From: a virus
Direction: 5' to 3' (one strand)
DNA: 64,000 bases
IMG/VR virus record: IMGVR_UViG_3300022602_000037
This document shows, piece by piece, positions 19,343-27,688 of the stretch. How positions within the stretch are numbered: position 1 is the stretch's first letter; each line of letters opens with the position of its first letter. The position numbers were made by a program, and so were the translations under genes. The notes beneath the pieces are model-generated. The model was not told where the DNA came from and did no database searches. It saw only the letters and a list, made by a program, of their open reading frames with translations.

Positions 19343-19955
19343 GACTACAAGACGTTTATTCTTAGGCACATATCAGTACAAAATTGTGCTGACATGTGCT
19401 GGATCGTCTTCTTTTCGTAGCGGAGACATCACTAAAACTCTAGAAGAACTTAAAAAAATTGACTTAAAAAGCCATTCTAAATATCATACTACCGTTATCA
19501 AATCTCAAGAAGATTTAGATTATGCTTTTCAATTAGCCAATACTTTGATGCAATTTGACAAATATGATGTGCGTGTAGAAGCTCCATGGATCAGTTTGTA
19601 TACTAACAGTAAAAATCATATCGATACTCTAGTCAAACTTGATAAAGATAGGGTAAAATACATTAGTCAACCTGATCCTAATTCTTGTCTATCCACCGGT
19701 ACTATCATTATGCCCAAGATGGATTTTGATTATCGCATTACGCTAGGTAAAACAATTCAAGAACATAGTGCCTTTATTTCATGGGCAGATTCAAATAAAA
19801 AGTGTAAATTAACTAAAAGCTGTATTAGAGACTTAGGAAAATCACGCAGTTGGGGCGGTACACACTTTTATATCTCCGGCGATAACAATTTACTGCTGGC
19901 AAAAATGCATCTTGGCGGGTCTATAGCCAAGGTCGAGCGCATAGTTAAAAACTAA
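19332..19955 (+). CDS. Hypothetical protein
   Basis: Likely start ATG 19332 overlapping the clpA end. Confidence 0.65.
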   Translation: MFYKTTRRLFLGTYQYKIVLTCAGSSSFRSGDITKTLEELKKIDLKSHSKYHTTVIKSQEDLDYAFQLANTLMQFDKYDVRVEAPWISLYTNSKNHIDTLVKLDKDRVKYISQPDPNSCLSTGTIIMPKMDFDYRITLGKTIQEHSAFISWADSNKKCKLTKSCIRDLGKSRSWGGTHFYISGDNNLLLAKMHLGGSIAKVERIVKN

Positions 19956-20023
19956 AGACTGTTAAAAGCGATAAATACTCTAACCGCAGAGTTTTCTGCT
20001 GAACTATTAAAACGGGCTTAAAA

Positions 20024-20395
20024 ATGCGCATACATGAACTATTAGAAGGTAAAGATTTCGATGACGAAAAGTTTGTCAAAAAAACCGGTGACAAACGAGA
20101 AATCGATTTTGATTTACCCGACGATCTTATACATTTTATGCATAACGATGACGATGTATATCGACGTCATCTTTATCCTAGTATAGCAGATTGTATTGAT
20201 CGATATAAAGATAAAAAACCCACTCATCTTAAAATTTTCAAACCTGCTGTAGAACGCAGTTATGAAGTATATGTCAAGAAGTTCCCAATAAGAGAATTAT
20301 CTGACAAATTAGATGAAAAAATGCTTGAACGTATCTGTAACAAACTTCATTCTGACACAATTCAAGATATCAAAGATGGTGCTTACAAGGATTAA
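20024..20395 (+). CDS. Putative head-internal protein
   Basis: N-terminus MRIHELLE resembles a capsid-targeting sequence. Follows late-type promoter at 19971. Confidence 0.6.
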   Translation: MRIHELLEGKDFDDEKFVKKTGDKREIDFDLPDDLIHFMHNDDDVYRRHLYPSIADCIDRYKDKKPTHLKIFKPAVERSYEVYVKKFPIRELSDKLDEKMLERICNKLHSDTIQDIKDGAYKD

Positions 20396-20397
20396 TT

Positions 20398-21639
20398 GTG
20401 TTATTAAGAGAATTGTTTATCCGTGAAACTACTAAACCTGCTGAAACAAAAAAGAAACAAGTAGGCAGAGCTTTCAATCATCCTGAAGATTTAACTTTTA
20501 TGAATGGAAGTAAAGGTGCAATAACCGCGCTTGAACATATTAAAAAAATTGCCAATGATTCCGGAGCAGTTAGATTAAAATGGGACGGTGCTCCTCAGGT
20601 ATACTGGGGGTGGCATTGGAATGACCAAACTGGGCAACATGAATTTGTAACTGCTAATCACAACGGTTGGTTGCGCGGCGGCGGCGGCACTAGTGATGTA
20701 AGTGAATTCACTAATCAACACGGTATCTATAATTTTATTGCTAATCGCAGTGGCAATGCAAAAACTCCAGAAGAACAACAACAAAGAGAAATATTTGCCA
20801 AAGAATTTAGTTTTTTACATCCTGTATTAGAAAAAGCAACTAAAAGGCCTAAAAAAGGCAAAAGTTTATTTTTCTATGCCGACGGATTATTTTTACAACC
20901 TCCAAGAGTAGATACCAACGGTGTTTATAATCTGCATCCTAATCCAAAAGGCAATACAGTTTATCATATAGCACAAGATACCGAACTAGGACAACGTATA
21001 AGTCGCGCAAGAGCTATGATGGTTGGACACGGAATGTTTACACAGTTTGGTGCGCCAGATGAGGCACAACAGGCCGTAGAAGATTTTAGTCCTTATATAG
21101 ACGATTCAATTACTGATATAATTATTCTTGGACCATATTATACACAAATACAACCACAGGTAGATACCGACGCTATTGATCAAGTTGAACAAAGTATTAA
21201 AGCTCATGGTCACGAAATCGATAGCTTCTTAGCACCAATATCCGGTGTAAGTGGATTTAAGAATATAGTATATCGTTATGTAAACACCATGGCCAAAGAA
21301 GGAAATTTAGCAAACGTAGCAAATAATTTTATGTCGTGGGCACAAACAAATACTAATGTAGTAAGTGCTAATCAATATGAAAAAATTGCAGAGCGTCTAA
21401 AACAATTCCCTGGCGGATTAACTGCTATGTTTAATTTGTTTTCAGATATTATGCAATTAAAAAATCAGATACTTGCACAGTTAGATGCAGATCCTGGAGA
21501 AATAAAAGTAAGTAATCCAGAAGGATGGGTACACTATGACAAAAAAGGTGACGACCATATTAAGCTGGTGCCACGTCATGCTATCGAAACACCTCACGGA
21601 ACAACTATTCCAGCATGGGTGCCTGGGGGCGCAAAATGA
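20398..21639 (+). CDS. KxDG-motif (ligase/nucleotidyltransferase-like) protein, putative head-internal
   Basis: N-terminus MLLRELFIRE. Motifs HPED, LKWDGAP, PEGWV, IKLVPR resemble covalent nucleotidyltransferase motifs I, IV and V. Confidence 0.5.
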   Translation: MLLRELFIRETTKPAETKKKQVGRAFNHPEDLTFMNGSKGAITALEHIKKIANDSGAVRLKWDGAPQVYWGWHWNDQTGQHEFVTANHNGWLRGGGGTSDVSEFTNQHGIYNFIANRSGNAKTPEEQQQREIFAKEFSFLHPVLEKATKRPKKGKSLFFYADGLFLQPPRVDTNGVYNLHPNPKGNTVYHIAQDTELGQRISRARAMMVGHGMFTQFGAPDEAQQAVEDFSPYIDDSITDIIILGPYYTQIQPQVDTDAIDQVEQSIKAHGHEIDSFLAPISGVSGFKNIVYRYVNTMAKEGNLANVANNFMSWAQTNTNVVSANQYEKIAERLKQFPGGLTAMFNLFSDIMQLKNQILAQLDADPGEIKVSNPEGWVHYDKKGDDHIKLVPRHAIETPHGTTIPAWVPGGAK

Positions 21640-22694
21640 GATTAAGACAGATATTTGAAACTCAGAATCGTAAAGTTGACGCGGCATTTTGTTTTGGACG
21701 TTTTAATCCAGCACATCAAGGTCATATGAAAGTATGGGAAGCTGTTAAGCATGCTGGACGTCATTGGTATATTGGAACCAATCCAACTACTATAGGGCCT
21801 AACGATCCATTACCTTTTGATATTAAAACAGCATGGATGACCGCTATTGATCCTAGTATTAAGGGTCACGTACTAGGAGAACAAAGTATTGTAACACTTG
21901 CTTCTAAAATTTATCAAGATGTAGGCGAAGGTGCCGTTATAGCCTATGTAACAGATAGTCAAGATTGGGCGTGGAGTGGAAAACTATTACATCAGTATAA
22001 TGGCAAAGAAAGTAATCATGGCTATTACAATTTTTCAAATATAATTCATATAGAAAGTCCTCGTGTAACAAGTGCTACAGAATTACGAAATGCCGCCCGA
22101 TCAGGCAATGAAGATTTATTTTATCAACTGGCCGGAGTTGATCCTAGTTTAACTATTGCTGGAAAAACTTATTTTGAAACTGTAGTAGAGGCATTAGGAC
22201 AACATCCTGAAAAGGTTAAACGTGCCAAGAAAGCAAAAGCTGTAGCAGAAGAATCAAATTCAATTAAATATGCTAATAAGGTAATAAGAGAGATGAGAGC
22301 ACAAGAATTTATGCGCAAGCAACTAGCAGAAGGCGATGTTCCGTATGCTGGTAAGGGTTCTGAAAAATTGCACCATGTTCATATTCAAGCACTTAAAAAT
22401 GCTATGAGTATTCCTAATATTAGCATGAACAAAGCTAATGGAAGTCCATATATGCAATATCGTTTTGGTATTGCATTAGCAAATCCTACACAAACTCCAA
22501 GAGCTGGGGCTATGAGTGGTGATCCTTTAATTACTGCATATACAGAAGAAGAATTAGAAAAAGTAAAACTTACAGCTAAAATGATGGGTGCAGGTTCTAT
22601 TACACATTTAAGCGATGGCCGTAGTAATGAAGCAGAAGGCGGTAACAAAGTTAGCCCTGTAAGAAAACAAAAGAAAAACAAGTACGGTATATAA
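21636..22694 (+). CDS. Cytidylyltransferase-like (HxGH) protein fused to a KKNKYGI-family module
   Basis: Start ATG 21636 (MRLRQIFE). FGRFNPAHQGH and SATELR motifs. Internal MRAQEF...KKNKYGI module from 22293. Confidence 0.7.
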   Translation: MRLRQIFETQNRKVDAAFCFGRFNPAHQGHMKVWEAVKHAGRHWYIGTNPTTIGPNDPLPFDIKTAWMTAIDPSIKGHVLGEQSIVTLASKIYQDVGEGAVIAYVTDSQDWAWSGKLLHQYNGKESNHGYYNFSNIIHIESPRVTSATELRNAARSGNEDLFYQLAGVDPSLTIAGKTYFETVVEALGQHPEKVKRAKKAKAVAEESNSIKYANKVIREMRAQEFMRKQLAEGDVPYAGKGSEKLHHVHIQALKNAMSIPNISMNKANGSPYMQYRFGIALANPTQTPRAGAMSGDPLITAYTEEELEKVKLTAKMMGAGSITHLSDGRSNEAEGGNKVSPVRKQKKNKYGI

Positions 22695-23074
22695 TGCGAG
22701 CAAAAGAATTTATCACTGAACATACTGGCAAACATCACGAGCACCATGCGACGGCGGCGCAGGGTACACGCAAGGCAAGAGATCCAGGAGGATTTTATCC
22801 TAGCTATCATCAGATGCGTACAGGTATAGTGCTCGGTATGATGGACGGATCTGGTAAAACACCTAAACCACAACCTCCGCATGAAAGCTGGATGGGACCG
22901 TTTTGGACACAGCATCCTTATACTGAAGTAGAACATAATATGTTTAGAGATGCTCGTAAAATTATTCCTACAGATGATCACGAAGTTTTACCTTGGCATA
23001 AAAGCAAAGAACCAGATGATACGCATAAAGTAAGTCCAGTAGCAGGCAAAAAGAAAAACAAGTACGGTATATAA
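22694..23074 (+). CDS. MRAKEF...KKNKYGI family protein (paralog 2)
   Basis: Starts MRAKEFITE, ends VSPVAGKKKNKYGI. Confidence 0.7.
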   Translation: MRAKEFITEHTGKHHEHHATAAQGTRKARDPGGFYPSYHQMRTGIVLGMMDGSGKTPKPQPPHESWMGPFWTQHPYTEVEHNMFRDARKIIPTDDHEVLPWHKSKEPDDTHKVSPVAGKKKNKYGI

Positions 23075-23075
23075 C

Positions 23076-23603
23076 ATGCGAGCCAAAGAATTTTTATCCG
23101 AACAACACAGAGTAGAAGTTAACCCACGTTCTAAATCTGATGTTAGACAGTTGGGTCAAAAACAGTTATCTAAGGAATATCATCCTAAAAAATTTAAGTA
23201 CGGCGAACGAGGTGTTCCTATAGGCGTTGATCCTCACGATCCGCATAATCAAACTTTAAGCAATACAGAATACGGTAGCAAGCGTGGAGATATGGCTGTA
23301 GAATTCCAAGCTAGTTTGCCAGGAGCATTCAGTGTTGAAAATTTAGCTAGTGATTTCTACGGAGTATACAGATTAGGCATGGGGTTAGCTGCCGGCGATC
23401 GTAATATTGCCGCTGCCGATAATATAGGCAAGCATCCATTTTTTGTGCCTTTTGCTCCTGAAGAGCATGATAAGTTTGACAAAGAAATCAAACGTCAAGG
23501 TCATAAAACTAAATTAAGAACAACTCAACAGAGTTTGGAAATATCAACAGTGAATACAGTAACACCTGTAGCAAAAATTAAAAAGAACAAATACGGTATC
23601 TAA
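23076..23603 (+). CDS. MRAKEF...KKNKYGI family protein (paralog 3)
   Basis: Starts MRAKEFLSE, ends VTPVAKIKKNKYGI. Confidence 0.7.
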   Translation: MRAKEFLSEQHRVEVNPRSKSDVRQLGQKQLSKEYHPKKFKYGERGVPIGVDPHDPHNQTLSNTEYGSKRGDMAVEFQASLPGAFSVENLASDFYGVYRLGMGLAAGDRNIAAADNIGKHPFFVPFAPEEHDKFDKEIKRQGHKTKLRTTQQSLEISTVNTVTPVAKIKKNKYGI

Positions 23604-24044
23604 ATGGAACACAATAAATATCATCTAGCATTAAAGACAGCATTTGCATCGGAGTTCAGCTTTTATCTTAAAAGTCATAACTTCCATTGGAATGTTGAAG
23701 GACCATTATTTGGTCAACTACATGAATTATTTGAGCGTATCTATACCGAAGTCTATGGTAGTATAGATACATTTGCCGAACATTTACGTGCTTTACAAAT
23801 ATATACACCAGCTAGTTTGCACAAATTCAGTATGCTTACCGCAGTAAGTGATGAAGATAGTGTTCCCCAATGGAGTGAAATGTTACAAGAATTACTAGCA
23901 GACAGCGATAAAATGGCCGAGATATTTCGTATTACATTTGATATGGCCGAACATCATGGAGATCACGGTCTAAGTAACTTCCTAGCAGATCGTCAAGATG
24001 CACATAAAAAGCATAGTTGGATGTTAAGAGCGAGTTTGAAATAA
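23604..24044 (+). CDS. dps: Dps (ferritin-like DNA-protecting protein)
   Basis: HNFHWNVEG, LHELFERIY, DTFAEHLRAL ferroxidase motifs and terminal HKKHSWML. Confidence 0.9.
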   Translation: MEHNKYHLALKTAFASEFSFYLKSHNFHWNVEGPLFGQLHELFERIYTEVYGSIDTFAEHLRALQIYTPASLHKFSMLTAVSDEDSVPQWSEMLQELLADSDKMAEIFRITFDMAEHHGDHGLSNFLADRQDAHKKHSWMLRASLK

Positions 24045-24274
24045 TGGATGAACTAGCACGTCTTAAGAAGTTAGCAGGCATTAATGAGTTTAAGGGCCTA
24101 CAACCTTATGGCGGAAGCAATATCAGTATAACTGGTACAGAGAAAGCAAAGATTATGCGTGAACAAAACATACAACCAGGAACTGAAGAATGGTTTAAGT
24201 TATGGTTTAGCTTACCTAAATTTATGAATGGCGAACGTGCTGTAGGCACTGGATACAGAGGAATTAAAAAATGA
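24044..24274 (+). CDS. Hypothetical protein (putative head-internal)
   Basis: Start ATG 24044 by TAATG coupling. MDELARLKKLAGINE. Confidence 0.65.
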   Translation: MDELARLKKLAGINEFKGLQPYGGSNISITGTEKAKIMREQNIQPGTEEWFKLWFSLPKFMNGERAVGTGYRGIKK

Positions 24275-25242
24275 AAATTAATGATCTTTTAACTGAAGAA
24301 GAATACGACTATTACAGAGATTACAAAAACGGACTTATTTCTTATGAAGAGTATCAAGATCTTGTTAAACAGTTCAAAGAAAGAGAACGAGCTCACCACC
24401 ATGCATCTGCTAATCACGACCGCGGTCCTTGGTACATCCGTGTAGATGGTAAAATTTACAAACAAAAAGGTCAAGCCAAAGTATTTGATTGGAAAAAAGG
24501 TGCTAATAATTACGCTCTTGCTATGATTAAAAATAGACCCGATCTAGATGGCAAAATTAAACTTACTAAAAATCCTGTAGACAATCAAGAACAAATAACA
24601 CCTCCTAACACACTAGAAGAAAAATGGAGTCAAAAATACAAGAGTAGTATCAATTGTAGTCACCCTAAAGGTTTCAGTCAACGAGCTCACTGTGCAGGCA
24701 AGAAAAAACATAACGAAAGTATGCAGGTAATAGAAATGACCTGCCCAGATTGCGGTATGTGCGAAGCACACAGTAATATGACACTTCAAGAAATTAAAAA
24801 AGGTCAAAAGGATAGCAATGGGTTTACCAAGTGCTGGCCAGGACATCATGCGGCTGGTACTAAGAAGGGTAAGAACGGAGGCATAGTTCGTAACTGTGTA
24901 CCTAACGAAAATGTGGCGGAAGGCGGTGGAGCTCAACAGGCAGCGATTGCGATTGCTAAGAAAAAATCCGGAAAATATGACAAAGAAGGAAAACGCATTA
25001 AGGAATCGGCCACAGTAGGTGCTACAAGCAGTGCCAATATAGGTACAGTAGTAAGCCCTCATTTAGCTATAGGAAAGAAAAAGGGCAAAAAATCCTATAC
25101 AGGAACACCCGGACATAGTGGAACAACAGCACCTAAACCCCCTAAAATTATCCAGAAAAAGAAAAAAGACGGCACTGCTGTCAACGCATTAGATATGAAA
25201 GGCACCAGTTTATTTGGTGGGCCTAGTATTAAAAGACGCTAA
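24271..25242 (+). CDS. Modular basic putative head-internal protein
   Basis: MKINDLLTEE start. Series of small Cys/Lys-rich modules separated by Glu sites. Confidence 0.6.
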   Translation: MKINDLLTEEEYDYYRDYKNGLISYEEYQDLVKQFKERERAHHHASANHDRGPWYIRVDGKIYKQKGQAKVFDWKKGANNYALAMIKNRPDLDGKIKLTKNPVDNQEQITPPNTLEEKWSQKYKSSINCSHPKGFSQRAHCAGKKKHNESMQVIEMTCPDCGMCEAHSNMTLQEIKKGQKDSNGFTKCWPGHHAAGTKKGKNGGIVRNCVPNENVAEGGGAQQAAIAIAKKKSGKYDKEGKRIKESATVGATSSANIGTVVSPHLAIGKKKGKKSYTGTPGHSGTTAPKPPKIIQKKKKDGTAVNALDMKGTSLFGGPSIKRR

Positions 25243-25268
25243 ATACATAAAGACAACGGAGTATACTC

Positions 25269-26804
25269 ATGCCAGCAGAATTAGACAATCAAGAACCAGA
25301 ATTAGATGCACAATCACCTGAAATGAATGAACCAGAAATGGATCAAGACATGGGTCCAGAACCAATGGACAATGATAATGCAGTTATTGGTTTACACGGT
25401 GACGAGGGTGATCGTGAAGGTGCTATGGCCAAAGCTGATTTATTCAAATTAGCAAACTATTCACACAAATTATATCAACAATTGAACGACGAAGATCAGT
25501 TAGAATCATGGGTTCAAGCAAAGATTACCAAAGCCGCAGACTATATTGCTAGCGTATATCACTATTTAGAATATGAAATGAAGTTCAGTGAGTATGGCCA
25601 TCATTTAGACAACAGCGACACATTAAGCGAAGGACAAAAAATGCGATTAAAAGAAATGTTAGCTGAAGCTAAAGATAAGATGAAAGATTTGAAAAAATCA
25701 CAAGCCGAAAAGATGAAAGAAAAGAAAGTATCAGAAGGTATTATGAGTGGCGGTGAACACGAATGTGCTGAATGTGGCGGAACTGGTGTTGTTTATCATC
25801 CAGGTGTTCAGCCTAGTGAACGTGCAAAAAAATTAGCCGCTAAACACAATCGAGAAACTCGTGCGCATTATGCCGCTCACAAGCGTTTGCAAGCTGAAGA
25901 AGGTGCAGTAGACGAAAACTTTGATGGCGAGCGTGGTGCAGATCAAGATACACCAAGTAAGTTTAACAAACAAAAAACTTCAACTGGTACACGTTATACA
26001 CGTAAGTCTAGTACATTCAGCGATGAGCATGATGGCGGATCTGGTATTAAGAGCCATGCCAAAGCTAAATCAAGCGATGAAAAGAAAGCTGACAAATCAA
26101 ACGATATCAAACTACCTAAGCACAGTGGAAACACATGGGGCATGAAAGGTGGCGAGAAGTTTGGTAAGAAAATGGAAGAAGGTAAGAAAGCTGATAAAGA
26201 TTATGACGGCGACGGCAAAATCGAATCAGGCAAAGATGAATATTTAGGTAGCAAAATCCGTGCCGCTAAGAAAGCTGGCAAACTAAAAGAAGCACAAAAA
26301 TGTAACGAATGTGGTTATATTATGGAAAAGTGCAAATGCGATCAATTAGATGAAGCTAAACCAAGTGCAGGTCTAAGCAAGGCTAAAAAGTCTGCTGTAG
26401 TTAAAGATGCTAAAGCAGGCAAAGACATTGGTAAGCCAGGTAAGAGCTTTGACAAAGTAGCTAAGGCTGCTGGTGGTGGTAAGAAAGGCGAGAAGATTGC
26501 CGCTGCCGCTATGTGGAAGAACATCAAAGAAACTACTGCATATCTAGCTGAAAAGAAAAAGAAAGAAAAAATGACTGATGAGAATTTGACAGTTGTTCCA
26601 AATCCATCAGGTGCTAAGGATGCTGAAGAAGCTAAAAAGTTAGGTGCCGCAATGCCAGCACCAGCAGGTAAAAAAGATCCAATTAGTGAATCAGCACGTT
26701 TACGTGAAATAACAGGTCGTTTATTGCAAAATGAAAAACCAGTAGTTGCTGAATCACGTGAAGTTGATCAAATCCGTGCATTGACAAAACGCCTATTGGG
26801 ATAA
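25269..26804 (+). CDS. Putative prohead core/internal protein (charged, modular)
   Basis: Late-type promoter at 25239. Acidic N-terminus, CxxC motifs, DxDxDG loop (DYDGDGKIE), many (L/V/I)xE sites. Confidence 0.55.
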   Translation: MPAELDNQEPELDAQSPEMNEPEMDQDMGPEPMDNDNAVIGLHGDEGDREGAMAKADLFKLANYSHKLYQQLNDEDQLESWVQAKITKAADYIASVYHYLEYEMKFSEYGHHLDNSDTLSEGQKMRLKEMLAEAKDKMKDLKKSQAEKMKEKKVSEGIMSGGEHECAECGGTGVVYHPGVQPSERAKKLAAKHNRETRAHYAAHKRLQAEEGAVDENFDGERGADQDTPSKFNKQKTSTGTRYTRKSSTFSDEHDGGSGIKSHAKAKSSDEKKADKSNDIKLPKHSGNTWGMKGGEKFGKKMEEGKKADKDYDGDGKIESGKDEYLGSKIRAAKKAGKLKEAQKCNECGYIMEKCKCDQLDEAKPSAGLSKAKKSAVVKDAKAGKDIGKPGKSFDKVAKAAGGGKKGEKIAAAAMWKNIKETTAYLAEKKKKEKMTDENLTVVPNPSGAKDAEEAKKLGAAMPAPAGKKDPISESARLREITGRLLQNEKPVVAESREVDQIRALTKRLLG

Positions 26805-26808
26805 TCCA

Positions 26809-27687
26809 ATGGACATGAAGCGCATACTACAGGCGATAGACGGTGTTGCTACAAAGCCTGTAGCAGGTGCTAATGACATGGCTAAATTTTTATCTATAGT
26901 AGATAAAAATGCCAGCATACAGTTATTACAAGAAGCTAAAAGTCCACACAAAGTAACATTGCCAGTACAAATGGCAATGCAACACTATCAAAAAGAAGAA
27001 ACTATTCAAAAACCAGTAGGGCGTGATAGCGTTATTAAAAAATACTTTCACGAAGCTGAACAAGAACTCCAAGAGTATCAAGTAGAACGTAAGCAATTAA
27101 TGAACCAATATGCATCAATTATTGCCGAACGTGTATTAATGAAAGAATCTGTTACTACTAACGAAAATGAAATACCCGGACATAGTATGGGATTCACTGG
27201 CGGAGTAGGACCAGGCATGGGAGATTATGAAGTGGATGAAATGTCTGTAATATTAGACAAAGACAATCCTATCAAGAGTAAAATAAATCACAAGAGCAAT
27301 CCAGGAAGTATAGAATATCGCATTATGCGAGCACGTGGGCAATTAAAAGATCTTGCGCAACAAGCAGAAAGCAATGAATTAATTGTATGGGAAAGTATTG
27401 CTAGACATTTTCCCGAATTAGCTATGAATATCGAGGAAATTAGACACGGCATCGAAGAACTAGCTAAGATACGCAAAGGCGGTGGACGTAGAGTTCACAA
27501 TATTCCAAAAGAGATAGGCGAAAATGCGATAAACACAGTCAAACAAGCCAATGCTCAAAAACGTGCAATCAAGCCAAAAAAAACAACAACAGCCTGTAAA
27601 AGTAATCAAAGACAAGTTGGAGTGCAAAATAAAAACGGCCAAGTAGTACCTAAATGTGCTGTGGTTAAAGGACCCATAGGAAAATAA
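26809..27687 (+). CDS. Putative head-internal protein
   Basis: MDMKRILQAID start, repeated M..IL..ID motif, C-terminal Cys-pair module. Confidence 0.55.
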   Translation: MDMKRILQAIDGVATKPVAGANDMAKFLSIVDKNASIQLLQEAKSPHKVTLPVQMAMQHYQKEETIQKPVGRDSVIKKYFHEAEQELQEYQVERKQLMNQYASIIAERVLMKESVTTNENEIPGHSMGFTGGVGPGMGDYEVDEMSVILDKDNPIKSKINHKSNPGSIEYRIMRARGQLKDLAQQAESNELIVWESIARHFPELAMNIEEIRHGIEELAKIRKGGGRRVHNIPKEIGENAINTVKQANAQKRAIKPKKTTTACKSNQRQVGVQNKNGQVVPKCAVVKGPIGK

Positions 27688-27688
27688 T

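Noticed and set aside
22385-22981. 198-aa minus-strand ORF
   Set aside because: Entirely antisense to well-supported plus-strand paralogs and shows no motif.
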